Both the position numbers and the translations under genes were made by a program. The notes below the pieces were generated by a model. It was given only the letters and a program-made list of their open reading frames with translations. It ran no database searches and had not been told where the DNA came from. From positions 640,001 through 704,000 of the forward strand of contig CAVYRF010000002.1 of the NCBI GenBank assembly GCA_963770895.1: DNA of 64,000 nt. Direction: 5' to 3'. Each line of letters opens with the position of its first letter. The stretch's first letter is position 1. The DNA is from an uncultured Acidobacteriota bacterium (GTDB taxonomy: Bacteria > Acidobacteriota > Thermoanaerobaculia > Multivoradales > UBA5704). This document shows positions 10,064-19,500 of the stretch, piece by piece.

Positions 10064-10135
10064 CCAGGAGACGCTCACTGCGTGAAACTACCGCCAACTT
10101 CGCCGTCGACTTTCAACGGAAAGTGGGACATCCCC
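10064..10135 (+). mobile_element. Possible right-end remnant of a second IS (IS256-like)
   Basis: A short ORF tail (QETLTA*) is followed by ...ctttcaacggaaagtgggacatcccc, which resembles IS256-family termini from memory. It abuts the truncated IS4 transposase. Confidence 0.4.
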
Positions 10136-10875
10136 GCGGTCAAGCTGCATACGCTTCTGGACCTGCGCGGCGCGATTCCAACGTTCATCCTCATCAGCGA
10201 CGGCAAACTTCACGATGTGAACGTGCTCGACATCCTGCCCGTCGAGGCTGGAGCCTTCTACGTCATGGATCGCGGCTATGTCGACTTCGCGCGGCTCTAT
10301 GCGATGCATCAGACCGGAGCCTTCTTCGTCACCCGCGCCAAGCATGGAATGGCCGCCCGGCGGGTGTATTCGTTTGAGACGCAACGCGCCACTGGCGTGA
10401 TCTGCGACCAGCGCGTGATGCTCAATGGCTTCTACTCGGCCAAGGCCTACCCGGAGCATTTGCGGCGCGTCCGTTTCAAGGACCCCTTTTCGGGCAAGAC
10501 GCTTGTTTTCCTGACAAACAACACGACTTTGCCACCGTTGGCGATCGCTGCCTTGTACAAGAGCCGATGGCAGGTCGAGCTGTTTTTCAAGTGGATCAAG
10601 CAACATCTGCGCATCAAGCGATTCCTGGGCACCAGCGAGAACGCCGTGAAGACGCAAATCTGGTGCGCCGTCGCGACCTACGTGCTGATTGCCATCCTTA
10701 AGAAGGAGCTTCAACTCGATGCCTCGCTCTACACATGTCTACAGATCTTGTCGGTCTCGGTCTTCGAGAAAACCGAGGTTTCATGCGCTTTCCAGCCTGA
10801 CCGGTCCCAGCGAGAACTGCGCACTGCGGCTAACCAACTCATTCTGTTCGACTTCTAACTAACCGGACATTACTG
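10136..10875 (+). mobile_element. 5'-truncated IS4-family element (DDE transposase C-terminal ~240 aa, stop 10858)
   Basis: AVKLHTLLDL, YVMDRGYVDF and LYKSRWQVELFFKWIKQHLRIK (YREK signature). Terminal sequence taaccggacattactg ends at 10875. N-terminus and left IR absent. Confidence 0.9.
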
Positions 10876-10996
10876 GCATGAACGGTATCCTATCAAGCAA
10901 GCAACAGCGTCCGAGAAATCCGCGACACGCCCTGACCCTAGGAATTGCTGGCAGAGGGGGCGCCTCTGCCATGATCTTATCTGCCGTTCGAAATCT

Positions 10997-11356
10997 TCAG
11001 CCCCCAACGAAGATGGACCACCACGCTGGAAGTGTAGTCCACGGATAAGTTGTCGACGGGGGACCAGGCGGATGGTCCGCAAGCCATTGAAGGAATGGCA
11101 TCGGGTTCAGTAGCCGTTGCGCATCCTGCAGCAGCTGCTGCATGCGGGAGGCGCGGGGGGGGAATTTCCTGCCGTGAGCTTGCTCATCCGTTACTGGTGT
11201 TCCGTCCTTTGTGCAGCGGCGCCGTTCGTCGTTTCCGTCATCCTTGTCCCAGTGGGGGATCTTTGCGTCGCGTTCCCATGAAGCCTTGGGCGCTTTGGGG
11301 TTTTTCGGCTGATACCAATTCCCTCCTCGGGAGTTCCGCGGGTCAGGGGCCCACAT
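10997..11356 (-). pseudogene. Orphan polymorphic toxin C-terminal fragment (Ntox37-like, predicted RNase)
   Basis: GGNW..ASWE..PHWDKDDGNDERRR..DGTPVTDEQAHG pattern; lies in the Rhs orphan region; no convincing start or Rhs core. Confidence 0.55.
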
Positions 11357-11418
11357 GAATGGACGATCAGGCTCCCACGGCCATCCTCCTGCCAGACCCG
11401 GAGGCAGTCCATCGGGGC

Positions 11419-11808
11419 CTACCTCCGGGCAAAACCGCCAGGGATGCTTTCGAATCGATGAAAGTCAAAGCCACAAAGCACACGGCGGAAGCCGTCCGTG
11501 AGCGCAGCCCCGTACACCTCCAGTCTACGAGCAACGGGATGTTGGCCATATCCGCCATGATGCATGTCGATCGGTGCTACCATACCTGCACCCAGCACAT
11601 CAGGGGAACGAAGCTGTGAGTTGTCGAAGGTCGTCACTTCCCGTCCCTCGGCCCTCAGCCGTCGTACGACGGGACCATTGGTCTCCGAATTCACAACCCA
11701 TACCGGCGCGCGAGAGGCCAGCGCCACGAGACCCTCGCCGAACTCGTGGTCGAGAACCAAGGCTACCGTGGACGATGCATGAGTGGGCATCATGATATCC
11801 ATGCTCAA
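11419..11808 (-). CDS. Hypothetical protein, probable immunity protein
   Basis: VALVLDHEFGE..APVWVVNSETN..VTTF..IDMHHG..LEVYG, a pattern I recognise from small genes downstream of Rhs toxins; lower GC. Confidence 0.6.
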   Translation of the reverse strand: MSMDIMMPTHASSTVALVLDHEFGEGLVALASRAPVWVVNSETNGPVVRRLRAEGREVTTFDNSQLRSPDVLGAGMVAPIDMHHGGYGQHPVARRLEVYGAALTDGFRRVLCGFDFHRFESIPGGFARR

Positions 11809-11854
11809 TGTGTGGCATCTGGCGCGAAGACAGGCGCCACTCCTTTCCCTTGCG

Positions 11855-11960
11855 CGTCACGGCCTGCGGCGTGCCGGTCTTGAACACGGCGGGCAGGGGA
11901 TCGGCAAAACCGGCGAGTCTGAGGTCGTTGCGGTGCCTGGCACAACGGTGATGGCCGCCG
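11855..11960 (-). repeat. Second degenerate copy of Rhs segment ~14425-14545
   Basis: Near-identical to 9204-9310 and shares the same 21-bp deletion relative to the intact gene. Confidence 0.85.
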
Positions 11961-12202
11961 GCACCACGGCGACGTCAAGCGGGCGACTCGCTGACGAGCG
12001 CGCCGACGACCAGCACGCCGCGGCCGCCATTCTGGCCCGCGCCGCCGATACCGCTCCCGCCGAGCTGGCACTGCCCGATGGGTGCCGCATCCGCCCCCAG
12101 GCGGACGACCTCGACCGCCAGTGCCGCCTGCTCCCGCCGACCGGGCCGCCCACCAAGGCCCACCGCCTGGATTGTCGTCTGGCTCGACAATCCATCCGAT
12201 CC

Positions 12203-12865
12203 TCACCTATGCCGGCGGCGCTCGCGCGGGCTCCCGGCGCGAGCGGACGGGCCGCGAGGTGGGTGCTGGTGCTGACGACGATGGAGTAAGTGTGCCAGGC
12301 GTTCTTTGGTGCGCCGTTCCTTTCGCTTCGGCATCCGCTCCCACCAAGCGACCACGGCTTTCAAAGCGGGCGTCAGCCGCCGCAGAGCACGTACAAACCA
12401 GAGCAGCGGTAATCTAATCGGGCGCAGGTACCTGAATCGCCGTCGCACGTAGATCCTACCGAGTTGGTCGCGCCAGATATTTGCCACAACCTCTGTCGGT
12501 CGCGGATCGGGCTCGATGGCGAGTTGAATGTGGTGTCCGACCTCGTGGTAAAGGATGTTGACGATCACAAGCTCACGGAATAGAGGCAGTTTCTGTAGAA
12601 AGCCAGGAATGGTTGCCGTAATAGCATCGAGGTTCAGTTCGATGTACGCTTTTCTTCCTTTCCAAGCGCGCCAATAAAGCCCACGCGGCTCCGTTCCGCG
12701 CGAGATCGCAGGCCATATATCCTTAAAGGCAGCTGTATCCTTGAGACACACTCGGTCCAGGCCCTCAAGGTATTCTGGCGGTACAAACCGCAATAAACGT
12801 TCGACGGTGGCGCGATAATCCGCCCGCGGATTGAGCCAGCGGAACTCTTCAAGCACCTGGACCAT
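12203..12865 (-). CDS. Hypothetical protein with zincin-like HExxH motif; candidate immunity or accessory protein
   Basis: VPPEYLEGLDRVCL..RGLY..IELNLD..ILYHEVGHH; first gene downstream of the Rhs tip; lower GC. Confidence 0.65.
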   Translation of the reverse strand: MVQVLEEFRWLNPRADYRATVERLLRFVPPEYLEGLDRVCLKDTAAFKDIWPAISRGTEPRGLYWRAWKGRKAYIELNLDAITATIPGFLQKLPLFRELVIVNILYHEVGHHIQLAIEPDPRPTEVVANIWRDQLGRIYVRRRFRYLRPIRLPLLWFVRALRRLTPALKAVVAWWERMPKRKERRTKERLAHLLHRRQHQHPPRGPSARAGSPRERRRHR

Positions 12866-13031
12866 CGCTCTATCGTCTCACGGCCAAATCGTTAAAGGAA
12901 GAATGGCATTCGTCACAGCCACTTGGCTGCCGCGACGTGGGTGGCAAGACTGCGCGAGAGCGGTCCAGGAGCGGTTCTTCGGCGGCCCACAGGGGTATCG
13001 AGCTACCTTTCCTCAAGCCTGGACCAGCTCT

Positions 13032-16000
13032 TCATCCGCCGAAGCCTCCGTGCCCTGATCCATAGTGCTCCACGAGGTAATGGAGGAAGCGCTCCAGACT
13101 CTCCATCAGTGCCTCCCACCATGGGTCTGGCTCCGGACCGCCCGGGAAATTGCCCGGCGCCGTCTCGAGCAGGGGCGGTGGATTCGTTTTCGGCCTCTGC
13201 CCCGGATTGGATTTGGGCGGCGGGCATCCCCTGCCCGGCGCGACCGGCCGGTCGCGCGGTCGAACTGTGGGGATTGGCAACGGCGCAATCGGAAGGTCAT
13301 GCAGCCATTGTTTGCCGGCAGGGGTGTTGAGCCACCCTTCGTAGGCAAGGACAGCGAATGTCAGCGCTGTAAGCGCAACTACGGGAAGTACTAGGGCGCT
13401 TTCACCCTTCGGGTCGATGCTGTTGAGGGGATCGTTGCCGACATAGTGGTAGAGGTTCAGCCCCGCCATCTCGCCGACCGGATCGCGGCTTTCCCAGCGC
13501 CCCAGGTTCGGGTCGTAGGCGCGGTATTCGGTCAGGCTCAAACCCGACGGTTGGTGGTAGTACATCCCGGCGTACCCGAAGCGGGGCGGAACACCCTGGT
13601 TGACGGTCAGGCGCCCGTAGGGGTCGTAGTCGTAGCGGCTGACGACGTTGCCGCTCGTATCGGTGACTTCGCGCACGCTGCCCAGATGGTCGTAGGAGAA
13701 GTAGTAACTGCCGCCGCCGGACTGCATGCCTCCCGGGAAGAAGCGGGTGAGGATCGGCTCGGTGGGGCAGGTGATGGTCTTGGGGGTATCTCCCAGGGGG
13801 ATGGTGGTGCCGGAGTAGGTGACGGACAGGCTGTGGGTGGTGCCGGAGTAGAGGGCTGGCGAGGTGTAGGTGAAGCCGTGGTCGCCATTGCCCTTGCCGG
13901 CGTTTTGCAGGTCCTGGCGGAAGTTGGCGGCGGGGATGGTGGCGAGCAGGGCGCCGTTGTCGTAGATGTCCACGTTGAGGGCTGCGTTGGGTTGGTTGGC
14001 GTCCCAGGCCCAGCCGGCGAGCTGAGTGCAATCGGCAGTGTCGAAGTACCCGCCGAAGTTAGCGCTGGAACAGATGAGCGTTTGCGGGACGCCGATGACC
14101 GTCGGCGTGCCGCCGGCTTTGAGGGTGATGGTGTGGGCGGTGCCGGTCTTGAGGGCGGCGGGGGTGGGGAAGAAGAAGCCGTGGGCGCCGTTGCCGATGC
14201 CGGCGTTGAGCAGGTCCTGGCGGAAGGTGTTGGCCAGGACGGTGGCGATCAGGGTGGCGCCGTCGTAGATGTCGACGTTGATCGGGTCGTTGGGTTCGTT
14301 GGCGTCCCAGGCCCAACCGGCGAGCTGGGTGCAGCTGGGGCTGGCGAACGAGCCCGAAAAGCTGGGCGCGGTGCAGGTCACGGTGCGGGTGCCGAGCGAC
14401 GTCGTGGTGCCGGTGAGCAGCAGGGTCACGGCCTGCGCGGCGCCGGTCTTGAACTGCGCGGGCAAGGGATAGGTAAAACCGTGGTTGCCGTTGCCGGCGC
14501 CGGCGAGCTTGAGGTCGCTGCGGTAGTTGTTGGCCAGCACCGTTGCCTCGCTGGTCGTGCCGGACTCGATGCTGACGCTGACCGGCGTGTTCGGTTGGGC
14601 GGGATTCCACGCCCAACCGGCCACCTGGTTGCAGTTGAGGCTGTCGAAGTTGCCAGGCGCGGTGACCGCTCCGGTCGGATCGACGGTGGCGTCCGTCTCT
14701 TCGACGATCTGGCCTTCCACCCAGATGTAGTGACGGCTGCTCACCACGGCGCCGTTGTTCAGCTCGGTGATGAGCACGCGCCGACCCAGGCCGTCGTAGG
14801 CGAACTGGCTGCGCTGGGCGCCGATGTTGATCGCGGTCAGGCGGTTTTCCGCATCCCATTCGTAGGTGCGGGTGCCGTCGGACAGCAGATTGCCGTTGGC
14901 ATCGTATTGGAACGCCTGCCCCTGGCCGGGAACGGTGACGACCGCGGTTGCCGAGGCCTGGACCTGCGGGTCGGCGTGACTCGCGGCGGTGATGGTGACG
15001 GTGCCGTCGGTCGTGGGGGCCGTGAACAGGCCGGTCGCGTCGATCGAACCTGCCGACGCGGACCACAGGACGCCGGTGTCGGCGGCGCCTGTCACAGTGG
15101 CGGTGAATTGCTGCATGCCGCCAGCGGCCACCGCGGTTTCCGCCGGGGCGACGGCGATCCCGATCAGCGGGCCGGCGCTCACGGTGACCGTCGCCAAGCC
15201 CTGTACGGGGCCGCCTCCCGCCGCGGTGGACACCGCCAGGACGTGATAGACGCCGGGGCCGGCGGGGGCGGTGTAGAGCCCAGCCGTGGTGATACTGCCG
15301 CCTGTCGAGCCTTCCTCTACGCTCCAGGTCACGGCCGGGCTGGCGACACCGCTGACCTGCGCGGTGAAGGCCTGGCTGGCGCCCGGCGCAAGGCTCGGCG
15401 ACGACGGCAGGATCATCAGGTCTTCGCCCACCGTCACCGTGGCGGTGCCTGATTGGGCCGGATTCGCCGCCGCCGTGGCGGTGACGGTGTACACGCCGGG
15501 CACGGAAGGCGCGGTGAACAGACCGTTGGCCGCAATCGACGCGGCGCCCGGACCGGCAACCGACCAGGTGACTGCCTGGTTGGGATGCGGCTCACCGTTG
15601 GGGTCTTCCACCACCGCCGTGAAGGGCTCCTGCTGCCCCGAATCGATCACCGAGCGCGACGGCGACACGGCGACTCCGCTCACCGGCATGGTGGACACGA
15701 CCGTGAGCGCCGCGGTGCTGGTCGCCAGCGGGTTGCCGACGGTCTGAACCGTGACGGTATAGGAGCCCGCGGCCGCGTTGGCCGGCACCTGGAGAAGCCC
15801 GGTGCTCGAAAAGGTAGCTCCCGGCAACGTCGAGGACCACTGCACGCTCTGCTGGCTGCCGGTCACGTCGGCAAAGAATTGCCGCGAGGTCCCAGGCAGG
15901 ACGGTCACGGCCGCCGGCGCCACGGCGACGTCGACCACCTGCACGGTCGCGGTGGCCTGGATGCCATAGGCACCATCTCCGTTGTTGACGACGTAGACGT

Positions 16001-16562
16001 GAAACGTTCCTCCTGTCCGACCCACGACGTGGCTGAACTGACCGATGGGGCCAGTTCCCGCGCCCCCGCCGCCCTCGACGGTACCGCTGGGGTCGTCCGT
16101 GCTCCAAAAGAAGTATGGAGAGTCCGAGTTGATCACGCTGGCGGAGAACGAGGCCGCCTGGCCGGCGGCGATCAGGGCTGTCAACGGGGTCACCGACGTA
16201 AGCGGGGGCCCCGGGACGGTGATGTTCAAATACCCCGCACCGTTGTTACTGGTGATGGCGGTCAGGGTGTACACGCCGGGCGTCGTGCCTGCGGTGACGT
16301 CGATCGATGTCGTCCCGGGTTCGTTCAAGGTGACACCCGCCGGCGGATATACCGACCAGGTGACCACGGTCCCGGTGGGATAAGGATAGACCGACGCGTT
16401 GTAGATCATGGATTCGCCTTGATACAAGGTGGTCGGCCCGCTTACCGTGACGCTGGTCTGCGCACGGACCGGGCGTAGCCCGCCGGTAACCAGGACAACA
16501 CCCGCAAACGCGAGCGGCAGCAGCCGGCCGCGGACGGTTCCCAGCCGACGGTCAGTTTTCAT
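13032..16562 (-). CDS. Rhs protein B: signal peptide, ~6 Ig-like (Big_2-type) repeats, late YD repeats with 3 inserted beta-domains, RHS core and C-terminal tip
   Basis: Signal peptide (VRA/QT); V.V.P..A..G..QQF.A.VTG....V.WS repeats; YDANGNL, WDAENRL, YDGLGRR, DHLGSVR, YDPYG, RAYDPNLGRWESRDP and NLYHYVGNDPLNSIDPKG. Confidence 0.92.
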   Translation of the reverse strand: MKTDRRLGTVRGRLLPLAFAGVVLVTGGLRPVRAQTSVTVSGPTTLYQGESMIYNASVYPYPTGTVVTWSVYPPAGVTLNEPGTTSIDVTAGTTPGVYTLTAITSNNGAGYLNITVPGPPLTSVTPLTALIAAGQAASFSASVINSDSPYFFWSTDDPSGTVEGGGGAGTGPIGQFSHVVGRTGGTFHVYVVNNGDGAYGIQATATVQVVDVAVAPAAVTVLPGTSRQFFADVTGSQQSVQWSSTLPGATFSSTGLLQVPANAAAGSYTVTVQTVGNPLATSTAALTVVSTMPVSGVAVSPSRSVIDSGQQEPFTAVVEDPNGEPHPNQAVTWSVAGPGAASIAANGLFTAPSVPGVYTVTATAAANPAQSGTATVTVGEDLMILPSSPSLAPGASQAFTAQVSGVASPAVTWSVEEGSTGGSITTAGLYTAPAGPGVYHVLAVSTAAGGGPVQGLATVTVSAGPLIGIAVAPAETAVAAGGMQQFTATVTGAADTGVLWSASAGSIDATGLFTAPTTDGTVTITAASHADPQVQASATAVVTVPGQGQAFQYDANGNLLSDGTRTYEWDAENRLTAINIGAQRSQFAYDGLGRRVLITELNNGAVVSSRHYIWVEGQIVEETDATVDPTGAVTAPGNFDSLNCNQVAGWAWNPAQPNTPVSVSIESGTTSEATVLANNYRSDLKLAGAGNGNHGFTYPLPAQFKTGAAQAVTLLLTGTTTSLGTRTVTCTAPSFSGSFASPSCTQLAGWAWDANEPNDPINVDIYDGATLIATVLANTFRQDLLNAGIGNGAHGFFFPTPAALKTGTAHTITLKAGGTPTVIGVPQTLICSSANFGGYFDTADCTQLAGWAWDANQPNAALNVDIYDNGALLATIPAANFRQDLQNAGKGNGDHGFTYTSPALYSGTTHSLSVTYSGTTIPLGDTPKTITCPTEPILTRFFPGGMQSGGGSYYFSYDHLGSVREVTDTSGNVVSRYDYDPYGRLTVNQGVPPRFGYAGMYYHQPSGLSLTEYRAYDPNLGRWESRDPVGEMAGLNLYHYVGNDPLNSIDPKGESALVLPVVALTALTFAVLAYEGWLNTPAGKQWLHDLPIAPLPIPTVRPRDRPVAPGRGCPPPKSNPGQRPKTNPPPLLETAPGNFPGGPEPDPWWEALMESLERFLHYLVEHYGSGHGGFGG

Positions 16563-19500
16563 GACCGCCCCCGTTGACGTTGCCTGGAGCTCCCGGCGCT
16601 CCGGCTGGACTTCGCGGCGGCGCCGCCGGCCGGCGGGCGCGCAGCTGCTGCATCGCCGCCTGCGCCTGCAAGCTGAGGCCGGAGTCGAGCGTGAGCAGCT
16701 GATTGGCGCCGTCGTAGGTCGCGGTCGAAAGAGCCGTGTCGATGGTCTCGCTGGTGCGGTTGCCCGACGGGTCGTAGCCGGCCGCGTAGGTGTGCAGCGT
16801 CGTCACCGGCGACTGCGCCGGGTTGGTCGTCTGCTGCCGCGCGATCAGCTGCTGGGCGCCGTCGTAGGTGAAATTGAAGAACCGCCCCGTCGGGTTGTCG
16901 ATATCGAACCAGGAGAGGCCGACGATCTGTTGGTGAGCAGGATCATAGGAGTAGCCGAACTGCGACAGGTTGGGGCCGTTCGCCGTGGAACCCCAGACCA
17001 CCCGCGACAACCGGAAGTCTTGCGTCGGGCCAAGATACGAGTACGTCGCTCCCTGGCCGTTGGGATAGGACAGCGAGGCCATCCGGTTGGACGATCCGAC
17101 GTAGGTCGCGGTAAACGTGCCCAGCGGGCTCGCCAGGGTCGTCAGACGATCCTCGCTGTCATAGGTCCGCGTCTGCGCCACGCCATCGACCGTCTGGCCG
17201 ATGCGCCGGCCGTCGACGTCGTACTGGAAGGTGATCGTGTGATTGGGGGCCGGCGCGGTGATGCTTGCGATCTGCCCCGCACCGACGCTGCCCGCGAGGT
17301 TGTAACTGTAGAGCGTCGAACCGAACGCATCGGTCATCATCGTCAGGCGCGGATAGTACTGGTCGTAGAAATACTGCACGCCGGGCGTCGCGTGCACGCT
17401 GTTCTGATAGGTGATCGCCGCCAACCGGTTGTCGACGGTATAGCTGTAGTTGGTGACCTGGCCCACCCCGTCGGTGCGCCGGATCAACCGGCCGGCGGCG
17501 TCGTAGGCAAAGAGCGCCACCGTGGCGCCGTTGACCTGCTTGCCGACCACGCGGTTGAGGCCGTCGAGCATCCAGGTAGTCAGGGAACCGCGCGGGTCTG
17601 CCACCTGCGACAGCGCGCCACAGCCGCACCAGGAATAGGTCGTGGTTCTGCCTGCCGGGTCGGTGACCGAAGCCAGGCGATCGGCGGCGTCGTAGGCGTA
17701 GGTGGTGATCCGTCCCATGCGGTCCTGGTAGGCCACGACATCCAGCTTGTTGAACACCACCTGGTCCATCGTGCCGTCCGGATAGGTGATCTGCGTGAGG
17801 CGATCCAGCGAGTCGTAGTTGAACGTCAAGGTGTAGCCGTCGGTCGACGTCCAGGTCAGCAGCCGATTGGCGGAGTCGTAGGTGTAGGTCTCCTGGTAGG
17901 TGGTCCCGGCGATCGCTTTCTGGATCAGAAAGCCCCGGCTGTCGTAGGTGTAGTTCGTGGTCACCCCATCCGGCCGCTGCGCGGAAGTCATCTCGCCCAG
18001 GCTGTTATAGGTGAACGTCGACCGCTGGCCCGCGTAGTCGACGTAGGTGAGCGGCTCATGCACCGAGTTGTAGGTCAAGGCGGCCAGCTGCTCGCCGGCC
18101 CACGTGATGCCGGTGCCGCCGCCATCCAACTGCGCGGCCAGCACCTTGATCAGATCGATCTGGTTGGCCGCATACAAATAGTTATAGCTGCGGCCCGCCG
18201 GGTCGGCAGAGGTCGGCAGCCGGCCCGATGAATCGTAGCTGGAGGTGGTTGCCTGGGTCTGGCCGGTGTCGAGCACCGTCGCCGTGACGGTCGGTGTCGA
18301 AAGGCTGCCCTGGTCGCTGTCGCCGGGCATGTTGGGATAGTTCATCCAGGTGCGGCGCTCCCCTTGCGGCTGGACAAACCCCGGAATCGAAGACGCCGCC
18401 GTTCCGCCTTCCGAAAAGTCGCGCAGCCAGTGGATGGTGAAGGTTGCGTTGAGATATCGATTGGGATCGGCGGCGCTGTATTGCTCCATCGCCGTCGGGT
18501 TCCAATAGTAGGTATTGCGATACGCCAGGTTTTCGTTGCCGAAGCCGGCGGGGATCGGCTCGGTGGTGGTCTCTGGAACGTTCTGCGCTTCGTGGGTGAA
18601 CTCGATCCGCTCCTGGTGGCCAAGCGGGTCGGTCGCCACCAGCCAGCGGATGTTGCCCAGGTCGGTTTCGACGCACGGCGGCGCTTCCCCCATCGCGAAC
18701 GTCGTCGTGCCGTAGGGAGTGGTCATCGCGTTCATGAAATCCGCCGGCACGGCGTACACGATGTCGTTGCCGCTGTTCACGCAATAGGGCGGCGCCGGCG
18801 CTGGCACGGTGGGACCGTAGGTAAACGACGACGTCATGCCGGCGGCGTCGGTGACACTCTGCAGCTCGCCGCCGGAATACTGGAATAGCGCCTGGCGCCC
18901 AAACGGGTCGGTGACCGCGGTGACCTTGTACATGTCGCCCGCCAATCCATAGGTGAGCGTCGTCGTCTGGCCCAGCGGATCGGTGATCGACAGCAGGCGC
19001 GTGGTCGCGGCGTCGTAGTTGAGAGTGACCGTATTGCCCACCGCATCCGTCACCGCCGTCAGGTAGTACTTGCGCATCGTGGCGGCATTGTCCGAAAGCT
19101 GATAGGTGTCCTGCGAACCGTCGGGATACTGCCGCACGAAGCCGACGGTGTTGTTCGCACCCGTCTGGAACAGGCGCGTCACCGTGTCGTGCGCGCCGCT
19201 CACGTTGGGGCCATACGCCCACCAATAGACGGCCGAAATCTGCGACAGGATGTACGAGCCGCCGCCGCGCTCGGCGACGCGGATGGTGTTGCCGTTGCCG
19301 TTGGGGTCGTCGTCTTCGACGTAGGAGAGCCAGTCGAAGTTCCAGCGCGAGCCCAGGTTGGTATAGGTGAACGTGGCCGGCTGAAAGTCCTCGCGGCTGT
19401 TGTAGGTGATGCCGAACCGCATCGCCGGTCCGCGCGGCGGTTGGTAGCCGACCGGAGAGTCGGTGACGTTCAAGCTCACCACCGCGGTGTGAAAGTTGTA

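Noticed and set aside
8900-16000. Diversity-generating retroelement (template/variable repeat pair) suggested by the near-identical repeats
   Set aside because: No reverse transcriptase in the window; differences are deletions and mixed SNPs, not adenine-specific.
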